Shown here piece after piece: positions 24,107 to 34,500 of a stretch of 64,000 bases of DNA. Position 1 is the stretch's first letter, and the number at the start of each line of letters is the position of its first letter. Made by a program: the position numbers and the translations under genes. The notes under the pieces are model-generated. The model was not told the DNA's origin and did not search any database. It worked only from the letters and a program-made list of their open reading frames with translations. The stretch spans positions 189,103 through 253,102 of the IMG/VR virus record IMGVR_UViG_3300029288_000063; one strand, written 5' to 3'. This DNA comes from a virus (Duplodnaviria > Caudoviricetes).

Positions 24107-24769
24107 ATGTCTGACGTTAGGATGCGCATTGCGAAAGAGTTGTTGTTTGTAGCGAAAGAGCTTGCAGCGTTCTGGGATTTGAACATTGTTCCACCGACGC
24201 GTTCTGACATTGAGAAATCGAAGAGTGTTGTGAAGTCCGCCCTTCAGAAGAAGGGAATGCGTTGCGACAAGCTCGAATTCCAGCGGTATATGGTCTACCA
24301 AGAGAACAAAGATTGTTCCGGTCAGGAGTGTCAGCGGAACTCGAACAAGCACCTGTGTGTGTTTGGGTACAGCGATAAGAACGGTCAGTTCGGCGGCGGT
24401 GTTGCCGGTGGTCGTATTGGCGAGAACAATCAGCCGAAGCTGTATCAGGATTGGGGTATCGTTGGTGAGGGTGCGGATGGTGAGCGTCGTATTCGTGCGT
24501 TGATTGATGCGTATATCCGCAAGAAGACGACCCAGAGCGATGGGTACTCCGAGGTCAAGGTTGCGTCGGTTGCAGTGTCGGCTGACAACAAAGCTGACGT
24601 CGAATACAAAATGAAACAGCAAGCGATAAAGAAGTCGTTGGAGTTTCTTGAAAAAAAACTTCGTGAGCACGCCGCTCATCAGTCTAAAGGCTACACTGAT
24701 TGGGGTTATGTTGGTGATTTGGAAAAGGTTCTTGGAAACCTTAACGAGATTAACAGGTTTTTGGGCTAA
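24107..24769 (+). CDS. leader + WGR-like domain + WGYVGDL helical domain
   Basis: MSDVRMRIAKELLFVAKELAA; NSNKH...GGRIG..Q...KK..GYSE resembles WGR; C-terminal DWGYVGDL module. Confidence 0.65.
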   Translation: MSDVRMRIAKELLFVAKELAAFWDLNIVPPTRSDIEKSKSVVKSALQKKGMRCDKLEFQRYMVYQENKDCSGQECQRNSNKHLCVFGYSDKNGQFGGGVAGGRIGENNQPKLYQDWGIVGEGADGERRIRALIDAYIRKKTTQSDGYSEVKVASVAVSADNKADVEYKMKQQAIKKSLEFLEKKLREHAAHQSKGYTDWGYVGDLEKVLGNLNEINRFLG

Positions 24770-25363
24770 ATGTACACGAATCCATCTAATCTGATAAAGA
24801 CCCTGATTCGAATGCTGGAGTCAAACGCTGAGACAATCAATCGTGTGATTCAGGTTTATGAGCCGAATAAGGGTTTGACGGTTTTGGAGGGCATGCGCCG
24901 GACGCTTCCGGTGGATGCCTTTCCGTGTTTGGAGATTGAGCCTACTACAGGGGCGAACGAGTGGGCTGTCACGCGTGCCCAGCGTCCACGGTATAGCTTT
25001 CAGTGCACGCTGACGGTGAGGAATGATAACGAGTTGTTTGGTGTTGAGTACATTGCGACGATTGTGACAATTCTTACGGAGCTTATGACTGACCCGCAAA
25101 ACCTCCAAATGCGTATATTGAACGAGTCCAAATGGGACCCGAATGCCGGTCTTGTTGCGACCTACATAATGGATAGTTTGGTTGAGAGCGTGACCTATAA
25201 TGCCAACAAAGAAGGTACAATTCGAACGGCTGAGTTTGATTGGTTTGCGCTGATTCACGAGCCGTTCCCGGATAGCAAATTCAGGATTGGCGGCGGGGAT
25301 GTTGAGATTGCCGGTAGTTTGGTGCAGCCGGTCGTTGTAAGGCCGTTTTCGTCCAACCCGTAG
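24770..25363 (+). CDS. putative tail terminator/completion protein
   Basis: Context upstream of tube genes; FPCLEIEP and an alpha/beta pattern typical of tail terminators. Confidence 0.5.
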   Translation: MYTNPSNLIKTLIRMLESNAETINRVIQVYEPNKGLTVLEGMRRTLPVDAFPCLEIEPTTGANEWAVTRAQRPRYSFQCTLTVRNDNELFGVEYIATIVTILTELMTDPQNLQMRILNESKWDPNAGLVATYIMDSLVESVTYNANKEGTIRTAEFDWFALIHEPFPDSKFRIGGGDVEIAGSLVQPVVVRPFSSNP

Positions 25364-25427
25364 GGAATAGTTTTTTTATGAGTTTCCTTAGGGTAGTTCT
25401 TGCTTTTGTTTGAAAGTTGAGGCGTCT

Positions 25428-25652
25428 ATGTCCTGCGAAGATAATCTTGCCCGAATAATCGCGGATTCAATGCGTGCGGCGGAAGCCGTTTATTCTGCCA
25501 ACAAAGAGGCGAAGATTCATTTCATTGTTCGGGATGATGCCGAGGCGGGGCTTGATGTTGTTGATGATATGTTGATGGGTTTGTCCGCTTGGGAAGCCGA
25601 TGTTCGGAGATTGAAAGATGCGGCGTGGTCGTGTGGCAAAAAAATGTCCTGA
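25428..25652 (+). CDS. hypothetical protein
   Basis: GAGG RBS; begins MSCEDNLARIIADSMRAA. Confidence 0.55.
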   Translation: MSCEDNLARIIADSMRAAEAVYSANKEAKIHFIVRDDAEAGLDVVDDMLMGLSAWEADVRRLKDAAWSCGKKMS

Positions 25653-25656
25653 GTAT

Positions 25657-25884
25657 ATGCGTCTCAATATCCTGCAAGACCTGAAGGATACTGCGGCCCA
25701 ATATGCCTATGTGCGTATGCACATGGAAAGGATGAAACACATCGACGCAGAGGTTAACCCGGAAAAGGCGCATGGTCACGCGATGGCTATTTTTGTCCGT
25801 TCTCAATATCTGTTGGAGTTGATTGTTGAGATGAAGCGGAAGTTAGTTGGGTTCAAAAACAAGGCGAAAACACAATGCCTCTGA
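25657..25884 (+). CDS. hypothetical protein
   Basis: Fills the gap; overlaps the next start. Confidence 0.55.
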   Translation: MRLNILQDLKDTAAQYAYVRMHMERMKHIDAEVNPEKAHGHAMAIFVRSQYLLELIVEMKRKLVGFKNKAKTQCL

Positions 25885-26660
25885 TTGAAAAAAGCGTGCT
25901 GTTGGGTATTGCGGATAGGGTTGCCGCCCAATATGAGATTCTGTTGGACGCGTTTGGTGCCGTTTCTCAGACCGGTGGTGGTTTGTATTACGAACGTGTC
26001 AATGCAACCGGCGATGTCGATGTTCAGTTGCCTCTATTGCAGCCATATTATACGGTTGATAGGGGTTTTGTTGTTAATCGCTGGATTCAGTTAGCTGGAA
26101 ACCTCCCCATTGTTATTACTTCGATGGAAAACCACTTCAACAATATGGGTTCGGTTGGTGGGTGGGATGGATATTTTGCTACTCAATCATGTCGTGTAAG
26201 TGATTATTTTAACCAAGTTTACAAAGTTGCGAAAGCCACCCCGTTATTGGCGACGAATGTGTTTTGTGAGTCGTCCGTGTTGTTTGGAACTGCGGAGGTT
26301 GCGTCAGGCCCGGCTATAGACTTTGTGGATGGTGATGATTTTGGTCCGGGTATGAATCCGAACTTGCGTGCCGATGGTGGAAATTTTGCCGCGTCCCAGT
26401 TGCAGGTCGTTGCGGCGTCTGTTATTGGTGCGTCTGATTTGGACCTTACGGTGACAATGAAGAATTGGGCGGGTGACATTGTCGAGATGGATGTCACGAT
26501 TCCAGCCGGTTCAGGTGTTGGTGTTTCTGTTGCCATCGGTGACTCCACAAACAGGTTCATGGATGTGGTTGGTATTGGGTTTAAGTCCGGTGGTTCGGCC
26601 GGGTCTGTTGGTGATAAGGTTGAGATTTATAACATCAAAGAGCGGGTTGTTGTGTTGTAG
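25875..26660 (+). CDS. hypothetical structural protein
   Basis: Context; beta-rich C-terminal half. Confidence 0.55.
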   Translation: MPLIEKSVLLGIADRVAAQYEILLDAFGAVSQTGGGLYYERVNATGDVDVQLPLLQPYYTVDRGFVVNRWIQLAGNLPIVITSMENHFNNMGSVGGWDGYFATQSCRVSDYFNQVYKVAKATPLLATNVFCESSVLFGTAEVASGPAIDFVDGDDFGPGMNPNLRADGGNFAASQLQVVAASVIGASDLDLTVTMKNWAGDIVEMDVTIPAGSGVGVSVAIGDSTNRFMDVVGIGFKSGGSAGSVGDKVEIYNIKERVVVL

Positions 26661-26754
26661 CCTCGTATGTTTTTTTAATCATTTGCGTTAGTTAGGAGCG
26701 AAAGAAATCCGTTTTTGACGAACACTTTCGGATGAAATAGGAGGGTATTTTACC

Positions 26755-27876
26755 ATGTCTATGGGCTATATGGGTTTTATCAAGGTGTACCGAACGCTTG
26801 GTACGCCGTTCGCGGGGACGCCAGTTCCGCCGAGTGACCCCGTCTTGCTGTTGGCAACGGGTGGCTCGGTGAACCTGACGTTGGAGCCGCTGTATTCCAG
26901 TGCGGTTTGGGGTGCCGGGTGGTTTAATGCACCAGAGGCGGCGCACTATGCTGACGGTGCCTTGCGTTACGAAGGATCTGTAAGTGTTGAGTGGCAGGGT
27001 AACGCAAACCTGTGGGAAACAATTCGCCAGTGGGCTGTTTACAACCGTGCGTATGCCCGTTCGTGCGATATCTCGACAGACGGCAACCGTGTGTACCAGT
27101 ATTGGGCGACCGGTGGTACACCTCAGGCGTTTGATAACCGTGGTGCGTTCTGCTCCTCTGTTTCGATGAGTACCTCTCCCAGTAGCTTGGTAACGGGTGA
27201 TGTTGGTATTGTCGCTCTGACCCGTGTTGAGAACATCGCGGCAGGTAAGCCGTACATCGAACAGGATACGGGTGTGACGACGTGCGCGGAGTTAGCGGAG
27301 ACGTATCCACTAAACCCGTCTGGTCGTAACACGGACCCGATTCCGTTCTGGCGGACAAATGCCCAGTTGCTCAAGGGCTTCACCTCGACGTATGAGCCGT
27401 TTACAGGCGGAACATCTATTCAGTCCGACCTGAGCGTTATGGATTGGTCGATTGAGCGTAACAACAACCACTATGTTATGTATACGTGTGGTGGTTCCCG
27501 TGAGGCAAAGGCTGTTCTGATGGGTGCGATCAATGCGACTGGTAATGTGACGCTGTTTCATCCGACAGGTGTTCTTGACCCGATCATTGGACCGAACCCA
27601 CCCGGCACGGGTACTCCATCTTCTCCGTATTTGTATGCTCAGGATACGGTATTCCGTGTTGCGATTCAGGGCGTGCAGTCTGACGGTGTGACGCCGAACA
27701 TGTATTATGTCGAGTTGCCCGCTGTTGTGGTTGAGACGGAAGACTTTGGTTTGAAGGGTCAGTCCGAGCCGACCACGCGTGCCTTCACTATGAAGGGTCT
27801 TGGTGGTCGCTGTACGACGTCTGGTGGTGTGCTGATGCCGCCGCACATCATGAGTGACCCGGACGTTGTTTACTAA
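26755..27876 (+). CDS. major tail tube protein (paralog 1)
   Basis: AGGAGG RBS; followed by a strong hairpin; shares GYxG..LLATGG..NL, LVTG.VG, PI/L.F/YW.T and DWS motifs with 27940 and 30073; upstream of tape measure. Confidence 0.65.
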   Translation: MSMGYMGFIKVYRTLGTPFAGTPVPPSDPVLLLATGGSVNLTLEPLYSSAVWGAGWFNAPEAAHYADGALRYEGSVSVEWQGNANLWETIRQWAVYNRAYARSCDISTDGNRVYQYWATGGTPQAFDNRGAFCSSVSMSTSPSSLVTGDVGIVALTRVENIAAGKPYIEQDTGVTTCAELAETYPLNPSGRNTDPIPFWRTNAQLLKGFTSTYEPFTGGTSIQSDLSVMDWSIERNNNHYVMYTCGGSREAKAVLMGAINATGNVTLFHPTGVLDPIIGPNPPGTGTPSSPYLYAQDTVFRVAIQGVQSDGVTPNMYYVELPAVVVETEDFGLKGQSEPTTRAFTMKGLGGRCTTSGGVLMPPHIMSDPDVVY

Positions 27877-27880
27877 AATC

Positions 27881-27921
27881 AACAGCATGGTTGGGTATGT
27901 AAATCCCAACCATGCTGTTTG
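27881..27921 (+). terminator. terminator/stabilising hairpin after major tube gene
   Basis: Perfect 15-bp stem AACAGCATGGTTGGG / CCCAACCATGCTGTT with 9-nt loop. Confidence 0.75.
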
Positions 27922-27939
27922 TGATATCATGGAGTGTCG

Positions 27940-28755
27940 ATGCTTGGTTATTTCGGTTCTGCTCAGATAGGTGGTACGACCTTCCTGTTTACCGGTGGCG
28001 GAATCAACCTTACGCGAAACCGGATGGATTCATCGGCTTCGTTTGGTGGTCAGACCGCGACGGCGGGTTCGGTTGGTCTTGGTGTTCCTCATCAATACGA
28101 TTACCAGAGCTATGAAGGTTCGTTGGAGTTTGAGCTGGATGATGCTGGAACGTTGTTAGGGATGTTTCAAACGTGGATAACCCAGAGGAATCAGGCGAGA
28201 ACTATTGTTATTCGACCGAATGGTTCGTCTACAAATTCGTTTAGTGGGTATTGGAACAGTATGTCTTTTTCCGGGTCGACAAGTTCGTTGGTGACCGGGT
28301 CTGTTGGGTTTGTTGCATTGACAGCCACGATGTCAGCGGGAGAGACGTACCCCACACCACCAGCAGCGGGTGGTATTGTAACGCCTGTTGTGTTTACACT
28401 GAAGCCTTTGGCGTATTGGCAAACAAAAGTTAATATTGGTGGTGATTTGGACTGTATTTCGTGGACGTTGAATTTTAATCAGGATGTGGTGAAGTTTTTC
28501 ACCTGTCAGGGTCAAAGTTCGGCGCAGGCTCCGAAGTATGTTGCGGTTGGTCCGTTGAATGGTGATTTCCAATGTGAGGTCTTGTTGACGGCAGGTATTC
28601 CGACGGATACGGCGTCGCCTGTTTTGACCTTGGCTTCGCATTCGTTTACGTTTACTGACTCGGAATTGAACAACACGGGTCAATCGTTGAAATCGGGAAG
28701 TGACGTTTTGAGTTTCCCGATGCAGTATCAGTTGTATGGGTATACGTACGCCTGA
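27940..28755 (+). CDS. tail tube-like protein (paralog 2)
   Basis: GYFGSAQI..FLFTGGGINL..YEGSLEFE..SSLVTGSVGFVAL..PLAYWQT. Confidence 0.62.
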   Translation: MLGYFGSAQIGGTTFLFTGGGINLTRNRMDSSASFGGQTATAGSVGLGVPHQYDYQSYEGSLEFELDDAGTLLGMFQTWITQRNQARTIVIRPNGSSTNSFSGYWNSMSFSGSTSSLVTGSVGFVALTATMSAGETYPTPPAAGGIVTPVVFTLKPLAYWQTKVNIGGDLDCISWTLNFNQDVVKFFTCQGQSSAQAPKYVAVGPLNGDFQCEVLLTAGIPTDTASPVLTLASHSFTFTDSELNNTGQSLKSGSDVLSFPMQYQLYGYTYA

Positions 28756-28819
28756 GTGCTGTTTGTGGTTCATCGCGCATAGCGCGGCATTATTATATTC
28801 AAATACGATGAACCTAATT

Positions 28820-28863
28820 CGGCACAGCGGAACCCATTGAGTTGGGAGCTGTGCCGTTTGTTT
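28820..28863 (+). terminator. putative terminator
   Basis: CGGCACAGC...GCTGTGCCG inverted repeat followed by TTTGTTT. Confidence 0.6.
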
Positions 28864-28883
28864 GGAATGATGAGGGAAATAGA

Positions 28884-29393
28884 ATGGTCAAGATAACGTC
28901 AGCGAAAGAGGAGCAGAAACAACCGGAAAACGGTGGCTCCGCGTTTAACACTGTGGGTGAGCGTGTTGACGAGCGTCTGTCCGGTCCGGGGAAATATGTA
29001 GTTACGAAGGAAAATATGTTTCGGGTTCGGTTTAATCTCTTGAATCGCAATGACCGGTGGGTGATTGTGAATCCGGGGACGGATGATTCCGAGGAGCATT
29101 GGGTTGAGTTTCGGATGTGGACGTTTAACGAGGAGGTCGAGTTGCGCAAGATGTCGACGCAGTTTGACCCGTTGAAGAAGATTCATATTATTGATAACGA
29201 CCTTCTGAACCGTTTGAAAATTCAGCGTCTTCTGAAAGCGTGGTCGTTTGAAGAACAGAACCCGAAGCTGAAGTTGTTGCATGTGAATGGGGTATTGTCT
29301 GATGAGGGGTGGAAGGCGTTTATAAGCCTGTTTCCGAATATTGTTCGGTTTGTTTTGGAGTCGATGAATGCAGTCCTTGAATATGGTGAGTGA
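28884..29393 (+). CDS. tail assembly chaperone-like (paralog 1)
   Basis: EFRMWTF..ID..LNRLKIQRLLKAWSF..LFPNIV pattern shared with 29383 and 30917. Confidence 0.55.
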   Translation: MVKITSAKEEQKQPENGGSAFNTVGERVDERLSGPGKYVVTKENMFRVRFNLLNRNDRWVIVNPGTDDSEEHWVEFRMWTFNEEVELRKMSTQFDPLKKIHIIDNDLLNRLKIQRLLKAWSFEEQNPKLKLLHVNGVLSDEGWKAFISLFPNIVRFVLESMNAVLEYGE

Positions 29394-30069
29394 GGCTGCG
29401 GAAAGGGAATGGCGTGCCCTGTCCGGCTCCGAGCTTGTAACGATTAAGGTACAAGCCACAAAGCATGGTGATATATGTTTGCCGTGCGGTAATGGTGAGT
29501 TGGATGTATGGGCGAAGTTTGCTCGGATGTCGTGTGGTGATTATTGGGATTTGGAAAGTGAAGTGTCCGTGCGTGTTGAGCTTGGTGGCGGGCGAGACTT
29601 TACGACATATGTGGATATGTATGAATTGCGTCGTCAGTTTGTGCGCCGGTTTCTGAGGGAATGGAATCTTGATGTTCCCCTTGAGTTTGATAAGGAAACG
29701 GGGTGGTTGACAAAGGAGTGTTTTGACCGTGTTGGTGCGTTACCCGGGCCGTTGTTAATGTTTATGGCCACAAAATATGAGGAAGATGTTTTTCCGGGTG
29801 AGGCGGAGCAACTGGAGATTGACAAACAGTGTGCGTTGCTGTTTTCAGAGCGTTCTGTTGGTGTTGCGGAGCCGTGTGAGACGGTTGCACTATATTGTGT
29901 TACGACGAACTTTTGGGACAAATTCGGACTTAACAGACAGGATTTGAGAAATTTGTCGTATCGTGATTTTATCAGGCTTCGGTTGATGGTCCACCGAGAG
30001 AATTCAGCGTTGTCTGTTCGACACAGGTCGAAAGAGAAAAAGAATTCGTCGAAAACAAATCTTAGGTGA
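29383..30069 (+). CDS. tail assembly chaperone-like (paralog 2) with extra C-terminal segment
   Basis: KFARMS..VD..LRRQFVRRFLREWNL..LPGPLL, then KFGLNRQDLRNLSYRDF. Confidence 0.55.
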   Translation: MVSEAAEREWRALSGSELVTIKVQATKHGDICLPCGNGELDVWAKFARMSCGDYWDLESEVSVRVELGGGRDFTTYVDMYELRRQFVRRFLREWNLDVPLEFDKETGWLTKECFDRVGALPGPLLMFMATKYEEDVFPGEAEQLEIDKQCALLFSERSVGVAEPCETVALYCVTTNFWDKFGLNRQDLRNLSYRDFIRLRLMVHRENSALSVRHRSKEKKNSSKTNLR

Positions 30070-30072
30070 TTT

Positions 30073-30906
30073 ATGGCTGACATAAAGAAACTTGGGTTTG
30101 AAGGTGCGGTTCGAATCTCCTTGGATGGTGGTTCGGCGGCCCAGCTTTTGGCTACGTCGGGTGCGTTGCAGGGTGAGTCGTCGAAACCAACGTTTATTGG
30201 GGTGGATATGCCGCCACCTCCGTCGGACGGTACTGCCGGTGACAATCGCTCCAAGTTTGTGTACTCCGAAGGAACACTCGTTGTTACCGGTTCCGTGAGT
30301 TTTGATTGTACCGAGGAAGTGTTGCCTATTGTTGCCGCGTTGTGTACCGGGCGCGGACAAAGGTTTACGGTTGGTATTGCGGGTGGTGAGGTTGGTAGGA
30401 GATTGCAAAGATGTTACATGACCACGTTGACGTTGTCGGGTGCCACGAATGGTCTTGTAACAGCGTCGCTGTCGTTTGTTTCGGCGTCCGATTTGGAAGT
30501 TGGTGCTGGGTTTACCCCTGTTAAGCGCGACCCGTCGTCCTCGACGTATCAAGAGCCTCTGGCTTATTGGTATACGGGTGGACCTACTGCATCGACAGAC
30601 ATAAAGGATTGGTCCCTGTCCGTATCACAAAATGCGACACCTGTATTTGGGAATGTAGCCGGGGTGTCGCCTCTTTATATTCGAATTGGTGTTATGGATG
30701 CGTCGTTGACGGTGAATACTTATTTGGAGCTTCAGGAAATAGACGAGGTGTCTATCGCGACACAAACGGTGACGATTGTTGCGGGTTATGAGAAGTCGAG
30801 GGAGTTTACGTTATCTCCCTCTGATTTGGAAACGTTTACCTATACGTTCGAGTCGATGTTGGACCCTGCCGGGGGTTCGTCCGGCGATATTATTACCTTT
30901 GAGTAG
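30073..30906 (+). CDS. tail tube-like protein (paralog 3)
   Basis: GFEGAVRI..LLATSG..VTGSVSFD..GLVTASLSFV..PLAYWYT..IKDWSL. Confidence 0.62.
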   Translation: MADIKKLGFEGAVRISLDGGSAAQLLATSGALQGESSKPTFIGVDMPPPPSDGTAGDNRSKFVYSEGTLVVTGSVSFDCTEEVLPIVAALCTGRGQRFTVGIAGGEVGRRLQRCYMTTLTLSGATNGLVTASLSFVSASDLEVGAGFTPVKRDPSSSTYQEPLAYWYTGGPTASTDIKDWSLSVSQNATPVFGNVAGVSPLYIRIGVMDASLTVNTYLELQEIDEVSIATQTVTIVAGYEKSREFTLSPSDLETFTYTFESMLDPAGGSSGDIITFE

Positions 30907-30916
30907 GAGATGTGTC

Positions 30917-31531
30917 ATGTCTGATGAAAGCGTAGCTAAGCCTGAGGTAACGAATGTGTCGCTTCCAGAGCCTGCTGGAACGGTTGCCGAGAGGATGACG
31001 GGGAACAAGGTGCAGGCGAACAACATTATTGGCGTGGTTTCTGCCCGACGAGAGGCGGAAGCTGATGAGTCGAAGGAAGTTGCGATGCCGAAATTTTTCA
31101 TTTCGGCAGATGACCGTGTTCGTGTTGAGGTTGTGGTTCTGTTCAACAAGAAGTCCGGGGAGCTTCTCAATATCGCCCTGCGTGAGTTCAATATCGACTT
31201 CTCGAAGTTGACGTTTTTGGGCAGCTCATTTGAGTCGTTTGAGTTCTCCCGTCCGACATATGACGAGTTGTCTTCATATCGCCAGAAGTCGATGATGTTC
31301 GACCGCCAGATTGGGAAGATGTTGGTTGACCCGGTGCGTTTGCGCAATTTCCTTATTGTTTTCCATCTTAAGGGGTGGAGCCTTCGTGACAACGAGGGGA
31401 ATCCGCTTCCGCTTGGTTTCAATGAAGCCGGTGCCCTTGATGCATCAACGCTGAAAGTGATTGATGCGCTGCACCCGACGATGTTTGATGTTGTTATGTC
31501 GAAGTTTGAGACTGAGATTCTTCTCCAGTAG
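30917..31531 (+). CDS. tail assembly chaperone-like (paralog 3)
   Basis: EFSRPTY..VDPVRLRNFLIVFHLKGWSL..LHPTMF; directly upstream of tape measure. Confidence 0.55.
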   Translation: MSDESVAKPEVTNVSLPEPAGTVAERMTGNKVQANNIIGVVSARREAEADESKEVAMPKFFISADDRVRVEVVVLFNKKSGELLNIALREFNIDFSKLTFLGSSFESFEFSRPTYDELSSYRQKSMMFDRQIGKMLVDPVRLRNFLIVFHLKGWSLRDNEGNPLPLGFNEAGALDASTLKVIDALHPTMFDVVMSKFETEILLQ

Positions 31532-31541
31532 GTAAAAGCCG

Positions 31542-34500
31542 ATGCCAAAAGACATAAACGAAGCCATTGAGAAAGACGCAGTACGTATAGCCTCTGCATC
31601 CAAGGCCATATCGGAGCAGATGCAGGGTACGGTGTCTGCCATCGAAGTTTCGGAGCAATATACAAAGGTGATTTTGGCGCACGCTGCGGCTGAGAAAGCC
31701 TATCTTAAGGCGTTGAACGACAAAGAGGGAAAAGAAAAAGCGGAGCAGAAGCGAAAAGAAGCCTTGATTGCCGTTCTTATTTCTGAAGAGCAGAAACTCG
31801 AAGCATCGAAGAGGTCTATGGAGGCGTTCTCTGACGCAATAAGCCGTGGTCTTGATGAGACCACGGCTATTTCAGAAGCCCAGTCGTCATACAACGATAT
31901 AATAGACGACTTCATTGCTGGTTCTGAGGCGATGAAAGATCAAATCGACGAAGTAGTCGATGAGATGGAGTCGTATTCAAGGGAGGTCAATGAGGCTGCC
32001 ATTGGAACCTCGTTCCTTGCCCAGAAACAGCATGAGGCGAAAGAGGAGGCGGAAGATTTTGCCGGTGGCTTGGGGAAAAGTGCCACGGGTGCGATGGCTG
32101 TTGGGGTCGCTATGGTGTTTGCGGCGACGAAGATTTCCGAACTTAGTGATAGTTTTTCCGATACCGCAAAAGAATTTGCAAAGTTCAACATCGAGGCACG
32201 CACGCTTTCGAAGTCGTCTCTGATTGCTCCGGGTGGGTTCGAGCAGATTGAGGCGATGCGTGCAGAGTTAGCACTGACGAGAGACGAGAGTTTAGCGTTT
32301 TTCGAAGTATTGCAGGATGGAACATCGTCCGGTGTTGATTCCGTAATGGGGTTGGCTGAAGCCGCCGAACATCTGCATGATGCATTTGGTGAAGACCCGA
32401 CGAGTCGCCTGCAAAACTATATCGACCTGTTGAAGGAAATACCGACTCTCGATATGGATCTTTCGATTACAGCCTCGATGGATGACCAGACGGCGGCGTG
32501 GTTTGCGTTGGCTGAAAAGGGGAAGGTTTCGCAGGCGATTGAGCTTCAGATTGCCGGTCTGATGGGTGGGAACAAGGACGAGCTAGACAAGACGATTCCT
32601 CAGGGAGAGCGTGAAATTATTCAGCGCTTGGACCGTGCGGAAAAAATAGAGGATGATATTTACAAGGAGTTGTCGTTAGCGTTCCCGCCGATCCTTCTTC
32701 AAGGTGGGAAGCTGGTTGGTACGGCGATATCCATTGCAGCCGGAGTTACCGGGGTGTATGTATCGGCTGTTGCCACGAAAAGAATCCTCGGAAATGTTCT
32801 TAAAGAAAGCGAGAAGACGGTAGACCTTCTTGGTGAAATATCACGTGGTCAGTTGTTAAGTTCCGGGAACAGGTCGTCTGTTGACACGCTGTCTGGGCGG
32901 GGTATTTCGCGAACAATCCGTGGCAGTATAGTTGAAGCGTTCCGCGAATCGAAAGGTGTGTTTAAAGACGCACTAAAGATGCGTGGGATGGTGTCGGAGA
33001 CGGGTGGTACTATTGGTCGTTTTGCGGCAACGCGTCTCGGTGTAACTGCCGCAGGGAAGGCTGCCGCCGGTTCGCTGGCGTCGTCTGCTATGGCGTCGGG
33101 CGGTGGTGTGTCCAAGTTGGGTTTGGCGGGTTTGTCCGGCGCGTTGAAGGCGTTGACGACCCAAGTCGGATTGTCACAAGGTGCGTTGGGTGGATTAACG
33201 ACAGCGGCGACATCCGGTGCGGCGGGGATGTCCGGGGCTGCGGCCGTTGCCGGTACAGCGGCGAGCGTATTTGCGGTGGCTGTTGGTGGTATTGCTGCCG
33301 CTGTACTGCCGATTTATGCAGCCGGGAAATATGGTGAACTTGCTGGTGACATGATGCTTGATGCATCTAAGTCTCTGTCCGATACTAGGATTGGGAAAGC
33401 ATTTGATGGACTTCTTACCGCAATCAATCCTGTTAGTGCGTCGTTGTATGTCTTGTCGGGTGGGACGCATTCGTTTTCCGACTCAATGAAGGGTGCTGGT
33501 AAGCAGCTTAAGCTGATTGGTAGCTATTGGGCTGAGGCTGGAAACTCCATTTTGGATTGGCTTAGTTACGACGAGAAAGCCGAAAACCTTCGCAAGAAGG
33601 AACAGGCTGAAGCCCTTCGTGTCTATCGTGCGAATAGCGATGTTGTTAAGTCGTTGCAAAAGACGCAACAATCCGCCTTGCATCTCGAAAAAGCTTTGAA
33701 AAAGATAGACAGTGCGGCGAACACTGATGCTGTAGCCTTGTCGAAGATGAATATGGAAATTTCTTCGATGAAATTGGAGGAACTATCGCAGATTGGCGGC
33801 TCCGTGGCTGATTTTGGAATCGCCGTTCGAGATGGCGCGGATGCTGTTACACGTGGTTATAGTCAACAGATGCGTGCTCTGAAACGTGCGCGTGATACGA
33901 TTGAGAATGATGCGAAGTTGCAGCCAGCAATGCGTGCGGCTGCACTTGCGAAATTGCATAAGGCTGAGATGGAAGCAGCGGCATCCTTTATTGACGGCAT
34001 GATGAGGATGACTGGAAACTTTAAGAATATTCCGAGTGTTGCCAAAAAAGAGCTTCAGATTGGTATCCGTAACGCTCTTGTTGACGTGTCAGCCTCTATA
34101 GGTAGTGGTTTGTCTGGGTCGAGTTATGACAAGGTTTCTGCCAACTTTAAGGATTCACTTTCTGCATCGGCAGATGTTGCGGATCAGATGGCTGCGGACC
34201 TTAGCCGTGCCAGAGAGAAGGTGTTAAAGGCTCGGGAAAACGCACCTAATGTAGCCGGTCAGGTAAAGACCGATTTGAAGTTGGCATCGGATTATCTGGA
34301 AAAATCGAGTCCAGAAGAGGCTGCTTTGTCCGCGAAACTGAAAGGTTCGTTGGACATAGGAACAGATGTGAAGTTCAAAAAAGGCATGGAACACGTTGGA
34401 GAGGAAATCGCCAACGAGGCTCAGACAATGATTGATAAGTTGTCAAAGGACCTTGGTGATGTGAATCCGATGGAGTTGGTAACAGATTACGAATCACTGT

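Noticed and set aside
28884-31542. Programmed -1 frameshift in tail chaperones
   Set aside because: No XXXYYYZ slippery site seen near the chaperone 3' ends
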